IMG/VR virus record: IMGVR_UViG_3300045988_100739
Location: 1-28,571 of that record
Length of the DNA: 28,571 bases
Origin: a virus
Reading direction: 5' to 3' (one strand)
The translations under genes were made by a program, and so were the position numbers. Shown piece by piece: positions 23,494 through 28,571 of the stretch. Numbering within the stretch: the first letter of the stretch is position 1; each line of letters begins with the position of its first letter. The notes under the pieces were generated by a model, which did not search any database, had not been told where the DNA came from, and worked only from the letters and a program-made list of their open reading frames with translations.

Positions 23494-24133
23494 GCACCGT
23501 CCTCAGGTCGTTGCCGTCCATCTCGAACTTTACGGACGGCTTGTCGGTAGTGTAGTAGGCGTTGAGGTACCCGTCGTCGTCTATGTCCAAGATTCCGTAA
23601 TCGGCGTCGCCACGGTCGCCCTTCGGGATACCCAGACGGAGACATTGCGCACCGCCCTCGGGCACCAAGTTCGCGGTCGCGTCGCTGCCGGGATCCAACG
23701 CCTCGGCCTCCGCGTGGATGATTCTGGACTCCAAGGCCTTTGTCGTGGCGGCCTTCACATCGACGAGCGCCTGCTGGTATTCGCTCAGCGACGGGTCGGT
23801 AGGTTTCACGCCGTCGTCCGTATCCGAATCGACCACGACGAACGGCTTGTTCATCTTGGCATGGGCCAAGACGGCACCGTCTGCCAGTCCCACAGCGTAG
23901 GCCGTCACCTCGCCGGCCTGCTGCAAGACCTCCCACGGGACGATGCACGCGCCGTCCCTCACAGTCGGCGTGACCTTCTCGCCCGACCCCTCGAACGTCA
24001 GGTGAACAGTGAGGCCATTCCATTCATCATCGAGGACGAGCCTGCAAGTGTCCTCGTTCGCCGTGCCCCTCACCAAGAGACGGTCGTCGGTCGAGATGCC
24101 TCTCTCCGCGACAGTCAACACATGTGTTCGCAT
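23474..24133 (-). CDS. Hypothetical structural protein (about 219 aa), possibly capsid decoration or head fibre.
   Basis: Likely ATG 24133 (AGGAGG RBS) directly after the terminator that follows the MCP. Confidence 0.35.
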   Translation of the reverse strand: MRTHVLTVAERGISTDDRLLVRGTANEDTCRLVLDDEWNGLTVHLTFEGSGEKVTPTVRDGACIVPWEVLQQAGEVTAYAVGLADGAVLAHAKMNKPFVVVDSDTDDGVKPTDPSLSEYQQALVDVKAATTKALESRIIHAEAEALDPGSDATANLVPEGGAQCLRLGIPKGDRGDADYGILDIDDDGYLNAYYTTDKPSVKFEMDGNDLRTVLEIADN

Positions 24134-24142
24134 TTGACCTCC

Positions 24143-24173
24143 TAAAAGAAAGGGGAGAGCCGAAGCCCTCCCC
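24143..24173 (-). terminator. Intrinsic terminator downstream of the major capsid gene, directly abutting the next RBS.
   Basis: Minus strand GGGGAGGGCTTCGGCTCTCCCC followed by TTTCTTTT, then AGGAGGtcaaATG. Confidence 0.55.
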
Positions 24174-24246
24174 AAATAACCGGTTACGGATGTGTCTGCA
24201 GCGGCGTACCCGGCTCTGGCTGCTCTATCGGTTAGAGACTCCGAGC

Positions 24247-25116
24247 CTAGAAAGACACCTTGGCGTTGTAGACGCAGTCGGAGCGCAGAACCTTGGCACC
24301 GTAGACGTGGAGGCCCTTGACGGCGTCCTTGAAGGACTTCTCGGGACGGTATGCCTCAGTATTCAGAATCTGCTCGGCGTAGGTGCCGGACTGGTCGCAA
24401 CCGGCGATGACGTCGTAGACGGCCTGGTCGCCCTTGGAACCGCCAACATCCTCATGCGGTGCGTTGTTGGACACGTGAATCTCGAAGCCCGCGGACTTGT
24501 AGACGGTGCCCTCGGTGAGGCGCTCGTTGGAGTCGTTGGTTGCGACGGCGACGAATCGGGAGTCCTTGAGCATGAAGCCCTCGAATTCGGGCGGGACGAC
24601 GCAGATGCGGCCCGTGGTCGGGCAGTTATTGCGGTCGAGCGCGACCTTGAGGTCTACGAGCAGGTTGTAGGCGTCCTCGGGCTTTGCGTCCGTGATGCTC
24701 TTCGGCGCGTCCTTGGTGCCGATGGTGCCGCCGGTGCCGGTGACCAAGAGGGCGGCGAGGTACTGGTCGGTCACATCGCCGAAAGCGTAACCGGTCTGGG
24801 AAGAGGCGGACTCCAAGAGGTTAATCTTGGACTGGGCCGCGTCCACATCGTCGACGGCGATGTTGAAGTAATCAGCCTGGTCGATGGACAGCGTGGCGTC
24901 AGTCACTGTCACGTCGTCGGGCGCGGCGATGTCGGTGCCCTTGGTGTACTTCTTGACGGTGGGAGCGCCGACGAGGCCGATCTTGACGGTGTCGCCAGCG
25001 TCTCGAATCTCGCCCTCGTAATCGCGGTTGAAAAACTTGGTATAGACCAGCTGCTTCTCGAGCGCGGCGAGGATGCGGGCAGACCAGATTGTCGGGATGA
25101 ACTTGTCGGTAGACAT
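24247..25116 (-). CDS. Major capsid protein, 289 aa.
   Basis: The N-terminus MSTDKFIPTIWSARILAALEKQLVYTKFFNRDYEGEI is the characteristic start of a widespread phage major capsid family. It follows the scaffold gene and is followed by a terminator. Confidence 0.65.
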   Translation of the reverse strand: MSTDKFIPTIWSARILAALEKQLVYTKFFNRDYEGEIRDAGDTVKIGLVGAPTVKKYTKGTDIAAPDDVTVTDATLSIDQADYFNIAVDDVDAAQSKINLLESASSQTGYAFGDVTDQYLAALLVTGTGGTIGTKDAPKSITDAKPEDAYNLLVDLKVALDRNNCPTTGRICVVPPEFEGFMLKDSRFVAVATNDSNERLTEGTVYKSAGFEIHVSNNAPHEDVGGSKGDQAVYDVIAGCDQSGTYAEQILNTEAYRPEKSFKDAVKGLHVYGAKVLRSDCVYNAKVSF

Positions 25117-25130
25117 TCGTTACCTCTTTT

Positions 25131-25763
25131 CTACTGTTGGGCCAAGAGCTTTTGCACATCGGCCCAGTTCTTGTTGATGTCGTCGGGGGACATTGTCTTG
25201 AGCTGGTCGAGTGACGTGATGGGGGAGACTCCACCGGCTGCGCCGTCGGCTCCCGGCATCTTGTGCGGGTCGGTCTGCGGGTTCGCCCAGATTCCGGCCT
25301 CGTCCGGTGCGGCGAGCTTCAGGATGTCGGCGATGGGCATGTCGGCGTTGGCCTTGCGCAGCGCGTAGGCCTTCTCCGTCACGGCCTCCTTCACCACGCT
25401 GTTGGCGAATGCCTTCTTGCCGAGAGCCTCGCCGAGCTCATCGTCGAATGCCGCGCGCTTCTTGGCCTCCTCGTCGGCCTCGGTGCGCTTCTTGGCGGCC
25501 TCCTCGTATTCGGCGATCTTGGCCTTGAGGCCGTCCACGTCCGCCGCTTCTGCGGCCTTCTTGGCCTCGTCGAGCGCCTTGTTGGCGTTGTCCAGAGCGG
25601 CCTGAGTCTCGGTGAGCTTCTTGGCCTTCTGCTCGACCTCGGCGACGGTCTTGTAGTTCTCGCCGACTGCACTCGCGATAGCCTTGGCCGGATCGCCCTC
25701 GATTCCGTTCGCCTTCAGGATCTCCTCGATGTTCTGCAATGTCCTCAACCCTTCTAAAGTCAT
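25131..25763 (-). CDS. Scaffolding protein (Ala/Lys/Glu-rich coiled coil), about 210 aa.
   Basis: Likely ATG 25763. The long (A/E/K)-rich helical middle and its position before the MCP support the call. The track's N-terminal extension is not supported. Confidence 0.55.
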   Translation of the reverse strand: MTLEGLRTLQNIEEILKANGIEGDPAKAIASAVGENYKTVAEVEQKAKKLTETQAALDNANKALDEAKKAAEAADVDGLKAKIAEYEEAAKKRTEADEEAKKRAAFDDELGEALGKKAFANSVVKEAVTEKAYALRKANADMPIADILKLAAPDEAGIWANPQTDPHKMPGADGAAGGVSPITSLDQLKTMSPDDINKNWADVQKLLAQQ

Positions 25764-25831
25764 GATTAAGCTCGGCCTTCCCGAGCCGGATGGGTGCGCG
25801 GGTGAAGCCCCGCGCGGGCTGAGTGCATTAT

Positions 25832-25867
25832 AAAGCAAAAGGCCGACACTCCCAAAGAGCATCGGCC
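25832..25867 (-). terminator. Terminator-like hairpin plus T-run in the structured scaffold-gene leader.
   Basis: Minus strand GGCCGATGCTCTTTGGGAGTGTCGGCC followed by TTTTGCTTTATAATG. Confidence 0.4.
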
Positions 25868-25909
25868 TTCCATCGCCACTTTCGCAGCGTTGCCTGCGTC
25901 CTTATTATA

Positions 25910-26116
25910 TCAGATGGAGCGGACAGGTTCCAAACTTCGTCGGAGGTCGCCCATCCTGTACAGCTTGCCCCCGTCGTGGCCTACCGGCCTGAAATAGATT
26001 TGGTCGACAATCTCCACGCGCCCGAACTCGGTTGCCTCCAATGGGTCCTGACCGCAGACAACGCGCTGAACCTTTCCGTCTTCGTCCCTCACGACTAGGC
26101 TGATTTTGGTGTTCAT
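25910..26116 (-). CDS. Hypothetical protein, 68 aa.
   Basis: AGGAGG RBS 5 nt upstream of ATG 26116. Confidence 0.4.
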   Translation of the reverse strand: MNTKISLVVRDEDGKVQRVVCGQDPLEATEFGRVEIVDQIYFRPVGHDGGKLYRMGDLRRSLEPVRSI

Positions 26117-26126
26117 CGTCTACCTC

Positions 26127-26375
26127 CTAGAACTCAATCGTGTCGCACTGCTCGAGGTAATCGGCGGCCTCCTGCTCGATGACGTCGCGCCACCAAAACG
26201 TCTTGCCGGTCACGTTCTCTTCGAACTGAGCCTCATTCCAGACGCGGGACACCTTCCAGCCTTGGCAGCGAATCTCGTTGGCAGCGTCCCTCTTGCTGAT
26301 GAACTGCGACGTCTTGCAGAGCTTGATGTTCTTGATCTCGTCGTGGGCGCGGATGTAGTAGGTCTTGGTCTTCAT
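26127..26375 (-). CDS. Hypothetical protein, 82 aa. It is the first gene after promoter cassette P4.
   Basis: GGAAGGGAG RBS. Intact ORF. Confidence 0.4.
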   Translation of the reverse strand: MKTKTYYIRAHDEIKNIKLCKTSQFISKRDAANEIRCQGWKVSRVWNEAQFEENVTGKTFWWRDVIEQEAADYLEQCDTIEF

Positions 26376-26405
26376 CGGGGTCTCCCTTCCCTGTTCGTTG
26401 TCTCA

Positions 26406-26434
26406 ATTCTAATACAACTATTCGCGAAGGGCAA
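26406..26434 (-). promoter_or_regulatory. Sigma70-like promoter P4, a divergent family member: -35 TTGCCC (26429-26434), 17-nt spacer, -10 TAGAAT (26406-26411).
   Basis: TTGCCCttcgcgaatagttgtatTAGAAT. Like P1-P3 it is directly preceded by a terminator. Confidence 0.4.
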
Positions 26435-26455
26435 CGCTAAAATGCGCGGCAAATC

Positions 26456-26479
26456 AAAAAAGCCCCGGTTTCCCGAGGC
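26456..26479 (-). terminator. Intrinsic terminator T4 (possibly bidirectional).
   Basis: Minus strand GCCTCGGGAAACCGGGGC followed by TTTTTTG. The plus strand also carries a T-run after the hairpin. Confidence 0.55.
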
Positions 26480-26484
26480 CTTTT

Positions 26485-26610
26485 CTAAACTTGACTTAGT
26501 TTCGTAATTGCGTCGATATTGTCGCTGTCGTGCTGCCTGGCGTTGCCGTCGTAGGCCTTGAGGCTGTCCAGCGGTATGAGCTGCGCCTCCACGTCCCTCA
26601 ACTCGTTCAA
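26485..26610 (-). pseudogene. Truncated N-terminal remnant (41 codons, TTG start) resembling the ParB-like nuclease domain that opens ParB-methyltransferase fusion proteins.
   Basis: MNELRDVEAQLIPLDSLKAYDGNARQHDSDNIDAI compares with ...I.I..L.PY..NPR.H...QI..I of ParB/Sulfiredoxin-fold methylase N-termini. It stops after 41 aa. AGGAGAGAG RBS overlapping the HNH stop. Confidence 0.3.
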
Positions 26611-26619
26611 AGCTCTCTC

Positions 26620-27027
26620 CTAGCCTTCCTGACCGCGTAGCGGCCTCCATCCGTCCTCGACCTGCGAGGCCTCGAACTCGCGCATGGGTTCTGAAGTCTC
26701 CAAGACCTCCCAGTGACCGCCCCTGATCGTAGCGAAGCCGAAGCCCTGCGAGCAGTCCTTTACATCCGTGTCAACCCAGCGGAAGTGAAGTTTGTGCGCG
26801 TGGGCCTTGCCGTGGCACCCGCCCGTGTTCCCGCTCCCGCAAAGGGTGATGGTCGGTTTGGGCAGCTCGACCCCGTGACAGTCGTACATCTTCCCCGCCG
26901 AGCGCCTCACGATGTGGTGCTGGTTGAGCGGATAGGTAGCCCCGCACACCGCGCACCGGTTGAGCTTCACGCTGCAGCCCCTCATGAGCGGTCGCAGGTA
27001 AATCGGCATCGTGTCAACCTTAGCCAT
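26620..27027 (-). CDS. HNH endonuclease, about 135 aa.
   Basis: CAVCG...NQHHIVRRSAGKMYDCHGVELPKPTITLCGSGNTGGCHGKAH carries the HNH motif with a Zn-binding Cys pair. Likely ATG 27027. The track's 205-aa version is an over-extension. Confidence 0.65.
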   Translation of the reverse strand: MAKVDTMPIYLRPLMRGCSVKLNRCAVCGATYPLNQHHIVRRSAGKMYDCHGVELPKPTITLCGSGNTGGCHGKAHAHKLHFRWVDTDVKDCSQGFGFATIRGGHWEVLETSEPMREFEASQVEDGWRPLRGQEG

Positions 27028-27275
27028 TGTCAGTTCTTCCCTTCGATTAGGTCTGCCAGTTTTGCCCACATTCCCGGCCCCGAGCTGTCGAGGCTGCAGA
27101 GCGCGTCGTCGTTCCCGAACAGCGCCCTGCTCGCCCTGATACATCCGAGGCAACGCCAACAGTCTTGTATGCGCTGCCCTCGTCGGCGCACCTGTGAGTG
27201 CGCAGGAACTCGACGGCCTCGCGCTTATCCTTGGCACTATTCACCGAGAATCAGCCCCCCGCAGCGTGGACAATA

Positions 27276-27349
27276 ATTTGCATGTCCGTGTCTTTCAGAC
27301 CGAAAGCCATGTGGATTCTGTCGGTGAGTTGGCGGTCGGACATGCAAAT
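27276..27349. repeat. Perfect 13-bp inverted repeat ATTTGCATGTCCG / CGGACATGCAAAT separated by 48 bp. The spacer contains a nested CTTTC...GAAAG hairpin. It lies in a roughly 390-bp region (27028-27419) with no convincing gene.
   Basis: Seen directly in the sequence. It flanks the only long non-coding gap in an otherwise tightly packed genome. Confidence 0.8.
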
Positions 27350-27419
27350 ATCCGGCAGGATGTTACGCCAAAACCTTGCCTGACCGCGCAGTTCTTTAGC
27401 TATCTCGCGGTGCTCCTCT

Positions 27420-28406
27420 CTATAGCCCGTCTACTTCCTCGATGCGCTCTCCAAGCCAGCGCATGACGGGAACCGCCATCGAGTTGCCGATTGCCTTGTA
27501 CCTCGGACCGTCAGGACATTCCTCGGCAGGCTTGCCCTTCCACGATATTCTAGTGTGGTTGTCCGGGAAGCCCTGTAAGCGCTCGCACTCAAGTGGAGTA
27601 AGGCGGCGAAGGGGCGGCGTGGATGCATAGTCGCTCGTACAAACCTCGGTGCCGTACTGGGACAGAGCCGTGTTCGGCAACGACAAGACGGCAGGCGCAT
27701 GCCAGTCCGCGGTGAGCGTGTTTGCTTGCTCTGCCGCATATCCTATTGTGTTTGCTCGGGGCGCGGCGTTGTACTTGAAGCCTGCGCACGCAGCGCTGCG
27801 TCCAGCTCGGTTGGCAAGCTCCTTCCTCTTTTCACAGCTCGATTGAGGATTCCCTGACAGGCAGTCGGGCTCAAAGAGAACCTCTGCGGGGGATTCGGCT
27901 CCAAGATGTCCGACAAGAAACAGACGGCGGCGTCGCTGGGCCACTCCGAAGAACTGCGCGTCCAGAACTCGCCATGCGAGACAATACCCGAGTTCATCCA
28001 TCTCTCTGAGCAGTTGTCCGAAAGCTTCCCCATTCTCGCTTGTGAGCGCTCCCGGTACGTTCTCCCACAAAAACCAGCGAGGACGAAGTTCCTGAACGCA
28101 TCGAATGTACTCGAACATGAGGCCGGATGCTCCTTTGAGCCCTTCTCGCTTTCCCGCGACTGAGAATGACTGGCAGGGACTTCCTCCAACAACAAGGTCA
28201 ACTGCTCCATGAATCTCATTCTTCCAATCTACCTTTTTCCAATCTACCTTTGTGATGTCCCCAAGGTTGGGGACGTCTGGCCACCTCTCTGCAAGAACTG
28301 CGCACGGGAACGGCTCGATTTCCGAGAATGCCATCGGCTCCCAACGGAGTGGCTCCCAAGCGAGCGTCGCCGCCTCGACACCGGAAAAGATGCTTACGTA
28401 CCTCAT
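27420..28406 (-). CDS. dcm: DNA (cytosine-5)-methyltransferase, about 328 aa.
   Basis: Motif I FSGVEAATLA. Motif IV GGSPCQSFSVAG. ENV motif LWENVPG. C-terminal motif X QGFPDNHT...AIGNSMAVPV. ATG 28406 overlaps the upstream HTH stop (ATGA). The track's N-terminal extension to 28535 actually belongs to the upstream HTH gene in another frame. Confidence 0.9.
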   Translation of the reverse strand: MRYVSIFSGVEAATLAWEPLRWEPMAFSEIEPFPCAVLAERWPDVPNLGDITKVDWKKVDWKNEIHGAVDLVVGGSPCQSFSVAGKREGLKGASGLMFEYIRCVQELRPRWFLWENVPGALTSENGEAFGQLLREMDELGYCLAWRVLDAQFFGVAQRRRRLFLVGHLGAESPAEVLFEPDCLSGNPQSSCEKRKELANRAGRSAACAGFKYNAAPRANTIGYAAEQANTLTADWHAPAVLSLPNTALSQYGTEVCTSDYASTPPLRRLTPLECERLQGFPDNHTRISWKGKPAEECPDGPRYKAIGNSMAVPVMRWLGERIEEVDGL

Positions 28407-28571
28407 TCGTCCGCCTTCACAACCAGCTCGTTTACATCCATCTTCATGGCGTTCGCCATGTTGGACAGCACGCGCAGCGGCAGTTTGTAATGACCGTTGA
28501 GGTACCTGCTGAACGTCACCGGAGACGTGCCGCACATCTTGGCGAGCTGCTTCCGGCTCATGTCGTGCTCG
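28403..28571 (-). CDS. C-terminal (HTH_XRE) part of the wrapped Lar-like/HTH gene. See feature 1..123; 28517-28571 duplicates 1-55.
   Basis: Translation ...MSRKQLAKMCGTSPVTFSRYLNGHYKLPLRVLSNMANAMKMDVNELVVKADE*. The stop is TGA at 28405..28403. Confidence 0.5.
   Translation of the reverse strand, partial: EHDMSRKQLAKMCGTSPVTFSRYLNGHYKLPLRVLSNMANAMKMDVNELVVKADE
28517..28571. repeat. Exact 55-nt duplicate of positions 1-55: a circular-contig closure overlap. True genome length 28,516 bp.
   Basis: Identical strings at both window ends. An ORF reads through the junction without interruption. Confidence 0.9.

Noticed and set aside
26372-26650. 92-aa ORF spanning promoter P4, terminator T4 and the ParB-like fragment.
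   Set aside because: Arg-rich junk frame lying across obvious regulatory hairpins.
27047-27244. 65-aa ORF (GTG start) in the gap between the Dcm and HNH genes.
   Set aside because: No RBS. The second half is low-complexity Arg/Gly/Ser/Thr. It overlaps the more convincing HNH N-terminus. The region is treated as non-coding or regulatory.
28407-28535. N-terminal extension of the Dcm ORF in the track (MRHVSGDVQQ...).
   Set aside because: The HTH_XRE gene is encoded in another frame over this stretch. Dcm motif I follows the internal Met (MRYVSIFSG), which has an RBS and ATGA coupling.
1-28571. Searched for integrase, CI/Cro, tRNA, CRISPR array, toxin-antitoxin pair, and retron-like reverse transcriptase.
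   Set aside because: None found by eye: no recombinase motifs (R..HxxR..Y), no cloverleaf-compatible segments, and no regularly spaced repeats other than those reported.

Overview
The window is a complete, circularly closed, high-GC (about 60%) tailed-phage genome of 28,516 bp; the first 55 nt are repeated exactly at 28517-28571, which looks like an assembler k-mer overlap. Every convincing gene lies on the minus strand, in a single transcriptional direction. The long plus-strand ORFs in the track are GC-rich shadow frames opposite real genes. Reading 5'->3' on the minus strand (from high to low coordinates), the circle runs: HNH endonuclease; scaffold and major capsid; two large structural proteins, one with an N-terminal CBM5/12-like carbohydrate-binding motif; five small head-tail joining genes; major tail; the G/T chaperone pair; tape measure; a split Dit-like pair; a Tal-like protein; an XhlA-like/holin/endolysin lysis cassette; a small own-promoter cassette with two tiny membrane proteins; TerS, TerL, portal and MuF; Hjc resolvase; a lambda-O-like replication initiator with palindromic iterons plus an AT-rich tract inside its coding sequence; a cluster of small proteins including an HTH; a Rad52/Sak-like annealing protein; SSB; a block of MazG-like, DUF3310, Sipho_Gp157, DUF3850, two Lar-like restriction-alleviation genes (one fused to an HTH_XRE domain) and a Dcm C5-cytosine methyltransferase, together with two truncated methylase-like remnants. 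No integrase, CI-like repressor, tRNA or CRISPR array was found, which suggests a virulent phage or a non-integrating element. The points most worth follow-up are: the in-gene palindromic-iteron origin; a family of four near-identical promoter cassettes (-35 TTGCAA, 17-bp spacer), each preceded by an intrinsic terminator; a perfect A_AAA_AAA slippery heptamer exactly at the junction of two Dit-like ORFs downstream of the tape measure gene; a G9 homopolymer inside an orphan methylase fragment; an apparently frameshifted DUF3310 gene; a 13-bp perfect inverted repeat in a roughly 390-bp gene-free gap; and an HTH/Zn-ribbon gene translationally coupled to the Dcm methylase inside an anti-restriction island.
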